Source of the DNA: Acidobacteriota bacterium
Lineage (GTDB): Bacteria; Acidobacteriota; Thermoanaerobaculia; Multivoradales; UBA5704
Length of the DNA stretch: 64,000 nucleotides
Direction: 5' to 3'
Assembly (NCBI GenBank): GCA_040005235.1
Contig: JBDTZG010000002.1
Location: 128,001 to 192,000, forward strand
Translations under genes and position numbers: made by a program
The notes under the pieces: generated by a model
The model's database searches: none
What the model was told of the DNA's origin: nothing
What the model saw: the letters and a program-made list of their open reading frames with translations, nothing else
Shown here: positions 36,821-46,350 of the stretch, piece by piece
Numbering within the stretch: the stretch's first letter is position 1
Layout: each line of letters starts with the position of its first letter

Positions 36821-37939
36821 TCAGGCGGTCCGGAGCCGTGTCTCGGTCTGTGCGTCGAAGACGTGAAGGCCCGCCAGGTAGATTTCGAGGTCGAGCGTGT
36901 CGCCTACCTGAGGCGCGTGGTGCGGCTCGGTCTTGGCGACTAGCAGGTCGTCGCCGATCCGACCGTGGATGATCACCTCGTGGCCGAGCGGCTCGACGAA
37001 CTCGATCACAGCCCGGATCGCCACCACCGGACCCTGCTGTCGCCGGCCGCTCTGCCCCTGATCACCGCCCGCTTCTCGGATGTTTTCGGGCCGGATGCCG
37101 AGCACCACTTTGCTCCCATCTTTGCGGGATGCGGCGCCGCGTGGCGCTTCCGGCACCGGCAGCTCGAAGCCCGAGGTCTTGAGCGTCGCGCCGTTGTCGA
37201 AGATCGTGCCCGAGAGGAAGTTCATCGGCGGCGTGCCGATGAAGCTCGCGACAAACAGGTTGGTCGGCTGCTCGTAGACCTCCAGCGGCGTCCCCACCTG
37301 CTGCAACTTGCCATCCTTCATGATGGCGATCCGATGGCCCATGGTCATCGCTTCGACTTGATCGTGGGTGACGTAGACCGTAGTGGTCTGGAGATTCCTC
37401 TGGAGCTTCGAGATCTCGGCGCGCATCTGGACCCGGAGCTTGGCGTCGAGGTTCGACAGCGGCTCGTCGAACAGGAAGACCGAGGGCTTGCGGACGATCG
37501 CCCGGCCGAGCGCCACGCGCTGGCGCTGGCCGCCGGAGAGTTGCTTCGGCTTCCGGTCGAGCAACTGGGTGATGCCGAGGGTGTTGGCCGCCTCGGAGAC
37601 CAGTTTGTCCATTTCCGGCTTCGGCGTCTTGCGGATCTTGAGCCCGAACTCCAGGTTCTCCTTGACCGTCATGTGAGGGTAGAGCGCGTAGCTCTGGAAG
37701 ACCATCGCGATGTCGCGATCTTTGGGCGGCAGCTCGTTGACCCGCCGGTCGCCGATCCGGATTTCGCCGTCGGTGACCTCTTCGAGACCCGCGATCATGC
37801 GCAGAGCCGTCGACTTTCCACAGCCCGAAGGGCCGACCAGCACCATGAATTCCTTGTCGTGGATGTCGAGGTCGAAGCTCTCGATCACCGTCACCGGTCC
37901 ATACGCCTTCTTGACTTTGTCGAAGACGACTTCCGCCAT
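36821..37939 (-). CDS. Carbohydrate ABC transporter ATP-binding protein (MalK/UgpC/MsmX family)
   Basis: GPSGCGKST, MVFQSYALYPHM, LSGGQRQRVALGRA, DEPLSNLDAKLR, TOBE-like C-terminus. Confidence 0.93.
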   Translation of the reverse strand: MAEVVFDKVKKAYGPVTVIESFDLDIHDKEFMVLVGPSGCGKSTALRMIAGLEEVTDGEIRIGDRRVNELPPKDRDIAMVFQSYALYPHMTVKENLEFGLKIRKTPKPEMDKLVSEAANTLGITQLLDRKPKQLSGGQRQRVALGRAIVRKPSVFLFDEPLSNLDAKLRVQMRAEISKLQRNLQTTTVYVTHDQVEAMTMGHRIAIMKDGKLQQVGTPLEVYEQPTNLFVASFIGTPPMNFLSGTIFDNGATLKTSGFELPVPEAPRGAASRKDGSKVVLGIRPENIREAGGDQGQSGRRQQGPVVAIRAVIEFVEPLGHEVIIHGRIGDDLLVAKTEPHHAPQVGDTLDLEIYLAGLHVFDAQTETRLRTA

Positions 37940-38045
37940 GTTCCGCTAACCTCCGGTGGGCAAGAGGGTGAGAATCCGAGCCTTCCTTGTAGCAGATTCG
38001 GCGAACGAGGAACCACCCGCGCGGTCGGGGCATTTCCAGGTCGGG

Positions 38046-39440
38046 CTATTCGCTTGGGGTGATGGCCGAGATCTCAGCCGCGATCCGGCCGGCGTTCCTG
38101 ATGCAATCGGGAACCGAGACGCCGCCCAGGAAGTTGCCGGCCAGCCGCAGGCCAGGCAGCTCGCGCTCGATCTCCTCGGCCAAAGCGACGAACCGGCCGT
38201 GGCCCACTTCGTACTGCGGGATCGCCCGTGGCCAACGCCGAACGATCGCCAACTTGGGCCGACTGTATAATCCGAGCGCTCTCCCCAGGTCTTTCTGAAC
38301 CAGGCCGAGCAGGCGGTCGTCGCTCCAGATCGCGGGGTCGACGATCTCCGGGTCGGTCCGGCCCCCCAGGAACGCGGAGAGGGCGACGTGTCCCGCGGGA
38401 GCGCGGTCGGGGAAGATCGTCGAGGGGAACAGGCAGCCGAGCAGCCGCAGGCTCTCTCGCCGGGGGGCGAGGAAGCCGAAGCCGTCGAGCGGATGAACGA
38501 TCTGCTCGCGGGCCACCCCCAAGGCGACGACCGCGACAGGGGCGTAGGGGATTTCGGTGAATGTCCGGCTCTTGCCCTCGGTCGCTTCCTCCAGCAGCCG
38601 CGCCGCCACGTCGGCGGGGACCGCGAGCACTACCCGTCGGGCGCCAATCGGCCCATCGCTCGTCTCGACCCGGAAGCCCTCCCCGCTACGAACCACCGAC
38701 ATTGCGGAAACGTCCGTCCGCAAGTCGCCGATCTCCTGGGCCAAGCGCCGCGGCAGGGTCTCCAAACCGTCCCGGAAGGAGAACATCGCCCCGCCGGGCG
38801 ACGGGCCTTTCCGTTGGGCGAGAGCGCCGCGGATCAGGCTGCCGTGCTCAGTCTCGAGAGCGAAGATCTTCGGCACCGCCCAGCGCACCGCGAGCCGCTC
38901 GGGATCTCCGGCATAGATGCCCGAGACGAACGGCCCCACGGCATAATCGAGCAGCTCGTCCCCCAGCCGGCGGCGGACGAAAGCGGCGACCGTCTCGTCG
39001 GGCGCGGCCGCGATCTCAGCTGCCGAACGGCGGCGAATCCAGGGCTCGCGGAGCAGTCGGAGCTTCCCGCCGAGCGAAAACAGACGGGTGAGCAGGAGCC
39101 CCGGCGGACCGCCCGGGAGCGGTTCCAGGTGATCGCCCTTCCATAAATAGCGGCGTTTGGCGGCGGGGGAGGCGACGATTTTCTCGCGATTCGCCTCGTC
39201 ATCGAGGCCGGCGTCGCGAAGCAGCTTGGAGACCGCGGGGTGATTATCGAGCACCGTGTTCGGTCCCAGCTCGAAGCGGAAACCGGCCTCGGAATGGGTT
39301 TCGATCGCGCCGCCGACGCGCCCGCTCGCCTCGATCACCTCGACGGAAAGGCCGGCCCGTCTCAGGCGGAACGCCGCGGTCAGGCCGGAGATACCGGCGC
39401 CAATGACCAAGACGTCCAACGCTTCGGCCGATTCGGGCAT
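38046..39440 (-). CDS. hemG: Protoporphyrinogen/coproporphyrinogen oxidase (HemY/HemG family)
   Basis: IGAGISGL, FELGPNT, PFVSGIYAGDP, GFGFL, WPRAIPQY.VGH, GVSVPDCI. Confidence 0.92.
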   Translation of the reverse strand: MPESAEALDVLVIGAGISGLTAAFRLRRAGLSVEVIEASGRVGGAIETHSEAGFRFELGPNTVLDNHPAVSKLLRDAGLDDEANREKIVASPAAKRRYLWKGDHLEPLPGGPPGLLLTRLFSLGGKLRLLREPWIRRRSAAEIAAAPDETVAAFVRRRLGDELLDYAVGPFVSGIYAGDPERLAVRWAVPKIFALETEHGSLIRGALAQRKGPSPGGAMFSFRDGLETLPRRLAQEIGDLRTDVSAMSVVRSGEGFRVETSDGPIGARRVVLAVPADVAARLLEEATEGKSRTFTEIPYAPVAVVALGVAREQIVHPLDGFGFLAPRRESLRLLGCLFPSTIFPDRAPAGHVALSAFLGGRTDPEIVDPAIWSDDRLLGLVQKDLGRALGLYSRPKLAIVRRWPRAIPQYEVGHGRFVALAEEIERELPGLRLAGNFLGGVSVPDCIRNAGRIAAEISAITPSE

Positions 39441-39452
39441 CGCGGAGGCCGG

Positions 39453-42400
39453 TCAGGTCCCGGTTGGCGGTCCGTCGATCACCTGGCGGACGGCGCGAGC
39501 GAGAACTCCGGCGGAGAAAGGTTTCTGCAGGCAGAGCGGCCCCTCTCTTCGGGCCGACACGGTGCCGCTACGGTAGCCCGACATGTAGAGGACCCGCAAC
39601 TCCGGTCGGTCCGCCAAAAGGAGGGCCGCGATCTCGATTCCCTTAAGGCCGGGCATGGTCAGATCGGTCAGCAGCAGGTCGATCGGCTCGGTCGAGCCGG
39701 CCGCGATCTCGATGGCCTCCGCCCCCGAGGCCGCGACGAGCACGCGATAGCCGCGGCCTTCGAGGATTCGGCGCAGGACATCGCGGACCTTGTCTTCGTC
39801 TTCGACCAGCAGGATCGTCTCGTCGCCGGGTTCCAAGGGCTCTTCCGGAGCCACCGCCGGCTCGATCTCGGGATCGAGATGGGCGGGAAGATAGAGGCTG
39901 AACCGGGCGCCTTCTCCCGGGGCGCTGTCGACGAAAATGAAGCCGCCGCTCTGCTGGACGAAACCATAGCTGGTCGCCAGCCCCAAGCCGGTCCCCTCTC
40001 CGACCTCGCGCGTGCTGAAGAACGGCTCGAAGATTCTTCCTTGCGTTTCGGCATCCATGCCGATTCCGGTATCGGAAATGGCGACCAGCGCCCAGACGCC
40101 CGGCGGAACGTCGTGCTCGGCAGGCGCTTCGTGGGCGACGGTCACCGGTTCGGTCCGCAGGGTGAGCACGCCGCCTTCGGGCATGGCGTGGCGGGCGTTG
40201 ACCGCGAGGTTCACCAGAACGTGTTCCAAGCGGTTCGGATCGAGACGGACCGCGGGCAGATCGGGGTGGAGAGAGGTGCGGACCTCCACGTCGTTGCCCA
40301 GCAGCCGATGGACCATGCGCAGGAGGCCGGTGATCGATTCGTTCAGATCGACCACCCGCTGTTCCACCGCTTGGCGCCGGGCAAATGCCAAAAGCTGGCG
40401 GGTGAGCGCGGCGGCCTTTTCGCTCGCCTCGCGCAGCCCGACCAAGTTTTGTTGCAGGAAGTCGTCGTCCCGGTAGATCTCCGTCAGGATGTCGGTGTAG
40501 CCAAAGATCGCGAGCAGGCAGTTGTTGAAGTCGTGGGCGACGCCGGCCGAAAGCCGGCCGATCGCCTCCATCTTCTCCGCGAGCAGGAGCTGGCGTTGAA
40601 GGCGGTCCTTCTCCTCCTCGTCGCGCTTGCGCCGGTCGATGTCGCGAATCGCGACCACGGTAGCGGCTTCCCCCTGGAAAAGGATCCGTTTGCCCGCGAT
40701 TTCGAGATTCACCGCCGAGCCGTCCCGGCGGCGGCCGATCGTTTCGCGCGGCTCGCTCGACAGCGGAGTCTCGGTCAAATCGCCGAGCTCGATCAGCTCG
40801 GCGAGTGCCTGTCCCTGCAGCTCGAGGGCGGGAACGCCGAAGATCGCGGTCATCGCGCCGTTGACCGCCAAGACGGTTCCATCGCGAACGATCGCGATCC
40901 CTTCGAGGGTCGCTTCGAACAGCGCGCGGAAGCGCTGCTCGCTCTGCCGGATTTCCTGTTCGATCGCGCGCCGCTGCTCGATTTCGAGTTGAGCCCGCTC
41001 GTACAGGCGAATGTTTTCGAGCATCGGCGCGACCTGATTCGCGACCGTCGACAAAAGCTGAATGTCGCTTGCGGGATAGAAGTCGTCAGGATCGCGCCGA
41101 CCCATCAGCCAGACGCCGAGGGTCTGCTCCTTGACTTCGAGCGGAAGAGCCAACCGTACCCAGGAGCGGGTTCGCCCGTCCTGTGCCGACGAGGGCCGTA
41201 GATAACGTCGTCCGCGGGCGAGCCAGGCGCCGATCTCCAGCCGGTCGGGTGTCGGTTCGCCGCTTGGGAGGCCCTGAGAATAGAGCGCTTCCACCCCTTC
41301 TTCGGCGAACAGGTAGAGCGCCGATTGGCGAACCAACAAGGTGGGCAAGATCTCCTCGACCAGCGTCGTTCCGAGCACCGATCGATCGAACGCCCGCGGA
41401 ATCTTCTCGGCGACCAGGCCGACCACCTCTTCGTGATTATGCCGAATGCCGAAGACGTGGCGGTCGACCAGAGTCTGGAAACGGTCGTGCAGACTGGGAG
41501 CGAAAACCACTAAGACGAGTGCGGTCGCAAGAAGGGTGGCAAGGGTGCGCGGTTGGCCGGCGAGGCTGCGCGAACCGGCCATCAGCAGGAGACTGACGGC
41601 CAGGGTGAGGTACAGAGCCCAAAAGCTGTAGGCGCCGATCAGCCGATTGGCGCGGAACTCCATCGCTCCCAGGGTATGTTTGTAAATCGCATAGATATAG
41701 CTCGCCGACGGAATCGGTGCCGCGACCAAAGAGATCGTGATCGCCCAGGGTAGCGAGTGGCTGATGTCGGAGGCGGACATGCCCAGCCGGCTGCTGAAGA
41801 GGGGCAGCAGGGCGAAGAACCCGGCGATCGGCGCAAAACCCAGAGTCACGCCGAACAACATGATGCGGGTTGCCTGGCGCACCGCGGGCGGCCCGGGGAG
41901 AAAAAGGCGGGCGACGAGAAAAGCGAACGAAAGGACCAGGCCGCCGAGAAAGGAGAGCCGGAAGAAAACCGGAAAATCCTCGAGAAGGTGGGCGGTGTCG
42001 AGTCCGGCCAAGACCAGGGAAATGGCGTACAGCGGAGCGAGCACCCAGCCTCCCCGTCGACCGAACAGCGGGCTGGGCAGGAGGGTATGAAGGTGGGCGG
42101 CCAGAGGCAGGAAGAGCCAAACCACGAAATGGAACACGACCGAGGAGCCTGCGGTGTGGCGTGCCGAGGCGATTCCCGAGGAGAGCAAGATCGCGGTCAC
42201 ATAGGCGAACAAGACGAGCGCCAGCCATCGCTCGTCTCGAGGACGCAGAAAAAGGACGACAGCGGTACCGAAGAGCCAGAAAATCTGCGGCAGAAGGGAG
42301 AGAAGCGCGGACTCCTCGAGGAGCGCCTGGGGGCCGTCCTTCCAGTGGGAAGGGATCTTGAACGTCTCGCCGTGACGTAAGACCGTGAGCGTCGTGGCGC

Positions 42401-42683
42401 CATCGACCGAATACCCCTTGAAGATGTCGAGGCTGCGGTCCGCGAGAAAGCGCTCGCGGTCGATGCCGCCGATGGCAAGGATCTGATCCTCGGCGCGAAG
42501 ACAAACTTGAGTCTTCGGGCAGCTCGGTGCCTGGGTTACCGTCCAGTCGGCTCTCATCTCGAAGCCGAAGCCTGGGTAGTAGGCGATGTAGGAGTAATAG
42601 AGGGTCGGAGCGAGAACCAGCAGCGATATGCTGATCCACACCAGGTCGACGATTCGGCGGGTTTGCGCCGTTCTTGGGGTCAC
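39453..42683 (-). CDS. Hybrid sensor histidine kinase (TM-PDZ-like-multiTM-GAF-PAS-HisKA-HATPase-REC), ComP-like sensor region
   Basis: LRAEDQILAIGG...LTVLRHGE PDZ-like loop, about 9 TM helices, GVAHDFNN, NLAVNARHAM, GTGLGL, C-terminal REC (LLVEDE, LLLTDLTMP). Confidence 0.92.
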   Translation of the reverse strand: MTPRTAQTRRIVDLVWISISLLVLAPTLYYSYIAYYPGFGFEMRADWTVTQAPSCPKTQVCLRAEDQILAIGGIDRERFLADRSLDIFKGYSVDGATTLTVLRHGETFKIPSHWKDGPQALLEESALLSLLPQIFWLFGTAVVLFLRPRDERWLALVLFAYVTAILLSSGIASARHTAGSSVVFHFVVWLFLPLAAHLHTLLPSPLFGRRGGWVLAPLYAISLVLAGLDTAHLLEDFPVFFRLSFLGGLVLSFAFLVARLFLPGPPAVRQATRIMLFGVTLGFAPIAGFFALLPLFSSRLGMSASDISHSLPWAITISLVAAPIPSASYIYAIYKHTLGAMEFRANRLIGAYSFWALYLTLAVSLLLMAGSRSLAGQPRTLATLLATALVLVVFAPSLHDRFQTLVDRHVFGIRHNHEEVVGLVAEKIPRAFDRSVLGTTLVEEILPTLLVRQSALYLFAEEGVEALYSQGLPSGEPTPDRLEIGAWLARGRRYLRPSSAQDGRTRSWVRLALPLEVKEQTLGVWLMGRRDPDDFYPASDIQLLSTVANQVAPMLENIRLYERAQLEIEQRRAIEQEIRQSEQRFRALFEATLEGIAIVRDGTVLAVNGAMTAIFGVPALELQGQALAELIELGDLTETPLSSEPRETIGRRRDGSAVNLEIAGKRILFQGEAATVVAIRDIDRRKRDEEEKDRLQRQLLLAEKMEAIGRLSAGVAHDFNNCLLAIFGYTDILTEIYRDDDFLQQNLVGLREASEKAAALTRQLLAFARRQAVEQRVVDLNESITGLLRMVHRLLGNDVEVRTSLHPDLPAVRLDPNRLEHVLVNLAVNARHAMPEGGVLTLRTEPVTVAHEAPAEHDVPPGVWALVAISDTGIGMDAETQGRIFEPFFSTREVGEGTGLGLATSYGFVQQSGGFIFVDSAPGEGARFSLYLPAHLDPEIEPAVAPEEPLEPGDETILLVEDEDKVRDVLRRILEGRGYRVLVAASGAEAIEIAAGSTEPIDLLLTDLTMPGLKGIEIAALLLADRPELRVLYMSGYRSGTVSARREGPLCLQKPFSAGVLARAVRQVIDGPPTGT

Positions 42684-43669
42684 CTCGGCTCCGGGATTCC
42701 CTGGAGCCTGTCGCCGCTACCGAGCGAAAGCAGGTGCTCGAGCGGGCGCACCAGCCGGTTGACCATCCGATCGAGAGGCGCGTGCGAGATCACTTCCAGG
42801 GCTTGTACCTGTCGACGTGACTCGGTGGAAAAATGGTCCATCTGGAGCGCACAGTAGCTCACGGCTCCCGATTTGAAAAGAAGTTTTTGCGCGGAGGCTA
42901 GCGATTCCGGGTCTCCCACCCCTTGGGCGAGGCGGGCGAACTCGTTCCGCTCAGGGTACGTGGCGGTCATGGCGTAGAGCAGGGCCAGGTTGTTGCGTGG
43001 CCGGCTCCAGTCGGCGCTCGCCGGCGTGTTGAGCGAATCGGCGAGATCGTCGCTCACTTGAATGAAACGGCCGAGACTTCGTCCGAGGCGCTCGAATCCG
43101 GCGATCGTGGAGCTCGAGGCTCCGGCCAGCAGACCGCCCAGAGCGAAGGCGGCGGCGAACAGCGGCGGGGACTTTGCCTCGACTCTCCGCCAGTAATCTT
43201 CCTCCGTTGTCGATTCGACGGTGTCCAATTCTTGGCCATGAGCCGTCGCGAGAAACGCGCAGGAAAGCTGAGCTTGAAGCGCCGAGTATCGAGGCGATTC
43301 GATCGCGGTATTCTCGATCAGTCGATGGGCCGCGGCTTGGAAAGCCGAGGCCAGATTCGCGGCCCGGCCGACTCCTAGAAAGTGAAAGTCGCCCTTCGGG
43401 TCGTTGTCGAGCAGGTCGTCGATCAGATGGATGGCGGTCAAGGCGCAGAGAATCGCCGCCGCGCCAGGCAACGCCTGCTCTTCCGTACCGCCCGAAGCCA
43501 GGCATGCGGCAACGGGGTATTCCCATACCGAGATTTCGTCGCAATGTTTGGCCCGACTGATGAGATCGAGCATCTCGGGCCAGCGGTTGACCTCGGGCAG
43601 GTGAGCGACCAGCGCTTTCAAACGTTCAAAACGCTGGTTTATAGAGCGACCGCGAACTTCGACTTGCAT
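42680..43669 (-). CDS. Class I isoprenyl-transferase fold protein, ComQ-like peptide prenyltransferase candidate
   Basis: HLIDDLLDND first Asp-rich motif, GQELD, IQVSDDLAD second motif; lacks the RRG of chain-elongating synthases; ATGA-coupled to the kinase. Confidence 0.8.
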   Translation of the reverse strand: MQVEVRGRSINQRFERLKALVAHLPEVNRWPEMLDLISRAKHCDEISVWEYPVAACLASGGTEEQALPGAAAILCALTAIHLIDDLLDNDPKGDFHFLGVGRAANLASAFQAAAHRLIENTAIESPRYSALQAQLSCAFLATAHGQELDTVESTTEEDYWRRVEAKSPPLFAAAFALGGLLAGASSSTIAGFERLGRSLGRFIQVSDDLADSLNTPASADWSRPRNNLALLYAMTATYPERNEFARLAQGVGDPESLASAQKLLFKSGAVSYCALQMDHFSTESRRQVQALEVISHAPLDRMVNRLVRPLEHLLSLGSGDRLQGIPEPR

Positions 43670-43756
43670 CTAGGTAAATTTCTCGAACCTCTAAAAACCT
43701 TGCGCGAATCGGGTAGGCGAAACGACGGGTTCGTCGCTTCGCCTACTCGGGATATT

Positions 43757-43942
43757 TTAGGAAAGCTCGGAAGCAGCCTGGGCCGACGAAGTCCATTCGG
43801 GCCAGCCGTCCGGATCGGGTTTACCTGCCGCTCCGAACACTTGCGATGGATCTTCAACCTTAGAGATGGCGCGAAGCCTGATCAAAAGGGGGTCGGCATC
43901 GCACACGCCATGCAGAGATCGGTTAAAACTTTCGATGGACAT
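43757..43942 (-). CDS. Small Trp-containing peptide, candidate ComX-like precursor
   Basis: Strong GGAGGGAG RBS; 61 aa MSIESFNRSL...GKPDPDGWPEWTSSAQAASELS; directly upstream of the prenyltransferase. Confidence 0.6.
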   Translation of the reverse strand: MSIESFNRSLHGVCDADPLLIRLRAISKVEDPSQVFGAAGKPDPDGWPEWTSSAQAASELS

Positions 43943-44129
43943 CAATTACTCCCTCCGACTACAAGTTAGTTGTAAAATCTTGATCGCGGCCCACGCAGAT
44001 CCCCCGAATCGAGCGAGTCTCGATGTAAGAAAGATCTTTGTGAGACGGAAAAACCGCGACCAAGCGACCGTATACCGGTGCTGGAGTGCGACGATCTCCC
44101 TAAAGAGGGACACGTTTGTTCAAAAAAAT

Positions 44130-45326
44130 TCAGGAGGCGGGTGGAATGTGCAAACTCTCGTCGGCCGCGAGGTCTCGGCCCGTGCGGGGGTATGAAAAAA
44201 AGTGACCTTGGCCGAAATCGATTCCCAGTCTGCGAATCTCTTCGGCTTCTGCCGCGGTCTCTACCGCTTCCATCACCGTTTTGGCGCCGGTTCGCGCGGC
44301 CATCTCGGCGGTCGAACGGACCAAGGCTTGTTTAAATGGATCTTGTTCGACTCCGCGACAGAAGGCGGACGAAATCTTAAGGAACTCCGGGCGGAGATCT
44401 AGAAACAAATTTAAATTTGATGATCCTTCGCCAAAATCATCCAAAGCGATTCTTAATCCAAGATCGCGCAACTTCGCGAGGGTCGCGGCGAAGGCGCGCG
44501 GATTCAAGATCGTGTGTTGCTCGGTGAGCTCCAGAATCACCCGCTGGTGATCGACCTCCGCCGTGCGCAGCGCTTCGACCAGCCGGGGGGTGAACTCGGG
44601 GTGGGTGAGAGATCGCGGCTGGACGTTCAAAAATGCGGTCAAGCGTCCCGGCAGGTGGCGAAATTCGGCGAGCGCGGCACGGATACAAAGTAAATCGACC
44701 TCGAACGCCAACTCTTTCTTTGCCGCATAAGCGAACAATAGAGCCGGCATGCCGAGCAGAGAACCCGCCGGGCCGCGGGCGAGACCTTCGACGCCGAAAA
44801 CCTCGAACGGCGGGCCGCCGTCGAACAGCGGAACCACGGGCTGAAGCAGAGCGTGCAGCGGACCCGCCGACAGGAAGCTTTCGAGCAGCGGAACTTTCTC
44901 GACCGTCGGCGCCTGCGGCGGACTCTTCGGCGTTTCCGGATCAGCTGAAGCCGCCGCTTGCCGCGCCTGCTCGGCGAGCAGCAGGCGGCGCAGCTCGCCC
45001 AAACCGCCCGGTTTATCGAGGACGGCCGCGACCCCCATCAGATGGCAGATCGAACGGACGCTCTCGTCCAAGAAACCCGAGAGGACGTAAAGCGCGGTGT
45101 CCGGGAAGTGCGTGGCGACGAAGCGGATCAGCCGTACCCCTTCGAGCCCGCCGAGCGGCGACACCGAAAGATCGGTAACCACGGCGTCGAAGGGATACTG
45201 GCTGAGCAACGCCTCCGCCGCCTCGATTTCCAGGCAGGTGGTCAGGGCAACGTCGGGCGCTCGTAACGCGAGCGCGAGCATGTCGACCACCATCGACTCG
45301 TCATCGAGCACCAAGACTCTAAACAT
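44130..45326 (-). CDS. Response regulator with EAL domain (REC-EAL)
   Basis: VLVLDDE...VVTDL REC; EGLARGP, FLNV, LELTE, ALDDFGEG, LKIS, EAVET, GQGHFFSYP. Confidence 0.88.
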   Translation of the reverse strand: MFRVLVLDDESMVVDMLALALRAPDVALTTCLEIEAAEALLSQYPFDAVVTDLSVSPLGGLEGVRLIRFVATHFPDTALYVLSGFLDESVRSICHLMGVAAVLDKPGGLGELRRLLLAEQARQAAASADPETPKSPPQAPTVEKVPLLESFLSAGPLHALLQPVVPLFDGGPPFEVFGVEGLARGPAGSLLGMPALLFAYAAKKELAFEVDLLCIRAALAEFRHLPGRLTAFLNVQPRSLTHPEFTPRLVEALRTAEVDHQRVILELTEQHTILNPRAFAATLAKLRDLGLRIALDDFGEGSSNLNLFLDLRPEFLKISSAFCRGVEQDPFKQALVRSTAEMAARTGAKTVMEAVETAAEAEEIRRLGIDFGQGHFFSYPRTGRDLAADESLHIPPAS

Positions 45327-45582
45327 TGGGTGAGCAGTATAAGCGTCGACAGCTTGGGAGCCAAGAAACGAGGACGGGGAACCGCCTCGTTGTCCTCTCA
45401 CGGTGGCATCCGTGGGTCCGAAGCGCCGGGCCAGATTATCGCGATCGCGCCCGACGATCGCGAGTGAAGCTTGATTCTAAGGACCTTACCGCCCTCGCGC
45501 GTCTTCTGGCACCTGAGTTGCTCTGATGAGGAATCGAACATCGATCGCCCCCCTATTTCGGGGCGCTGGAGGATTTCGCACC

Positions 45583-46287
45583 ATGTCGAAGCACATCACC
45601 CTCGCCCTCGCCCTGCTCGGCTCCGCGCTGGTCGCGGCCAACGCCCAAGCTCAAGTCCCGAGCGGGCCGATCGAACAATCCGTGCGCCTTCGTCTCGGCA
45701 GTTTCCGGCCCGAAGGAAACTCGCAGTACTGGCACGACAAGGCGGTTCAATTCAACGGCAAAGCCTCCGATCTGGAGGATGCGGTCGGCGGCATCGATTA
45801 CCAGCTGGCGCTCAACCCCCATTTCGCGCTGCTGTTTTCGGGCTCCTCGTACCAGGGGAAGACCGACCCGTCCTATCGGAACTTTGTCGATTCACGGGGC
45901 GGCGAGGTCTCGCACACCGCGACGCTCGACATCGCCTCGCTCACCGCCGGCCTGGTGTTTCATCTGGCCGGGCCGAACGCTCCGATCCGTCCGTACCTGG
46001 GCGGCGGAGGGGGCGTCTACGCCTACCGATTGGAAGAGGACGGACGGTTCATAGACTTTACGCCGCCGCCTCCGACCGTCTTCCGCGCCGATTCGGTCGC
46101 CGAGGGCAATTCCTTCGGCTATTACTGGCTGGCCGGTTTTGAAGTGCCGGTCGGTCGCAGCTGGGGCTTTTTCGCCGAGGGGCGCTGGCACCAAGTCGAC
46201 GACGAGCTGGGCGACGACTTCGCCGGCTTCGGCAAGATCGACTTGTCCGGCCGTGACGTCTCGGCGGGCATCTCCTACCGGTTCTGA
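45583..46287 (+). CDS. Outer-membrane beta-barrel protein (8-stranded OmpA/OmpW-like)
   Basis: Signal peptide, RPYLGGGGG, terminal GISYRF. Confidence 0.82.
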   Translation: MSKHITLALALLGSALVAANAQAQVPSGPIEQSVRLRLGSFRPEGNSQYWHDKAVQFNGKASDLEDAVGGIDYQLALNPHFALLFSGSSYQGKTDPSYRNFVDSRGGEVSHTATLDIASLTAGLVFHLAGPNAPIRPYLGGGGGVYAYRLEEDGRFIDFTPPPPTVFRADSVAEGNSFGYYWLAGFEVPVGRSWGFFAEGRWHQVDDELGDDFAGFGKIDLSGRDVSAGISYRF

Positions 46288-46350
46288 TCGTTCCCAAGGT
46301 CCGCCCGCGTGGCCCCGCGCGGGCGGACCTGTTACGCTTCCCGCCGTTCG

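Noticed and set aside
39240-41201. Long opposite-strand ORFs (e.g. 39240-41201, 46420-48705, 59595-61640, 6763-7869)
   Set aside because: Antisense shadows of well-supported genes, expected with high-GC codon bias; no recognisable motifs.
43799-43825. DPDG in the ComX-like peptide echoing the DPxG cores at 56 kb
   Set aside because: A single 4-residue match without the flanking Cys/Ile pattern; no evidence the two systems are related.
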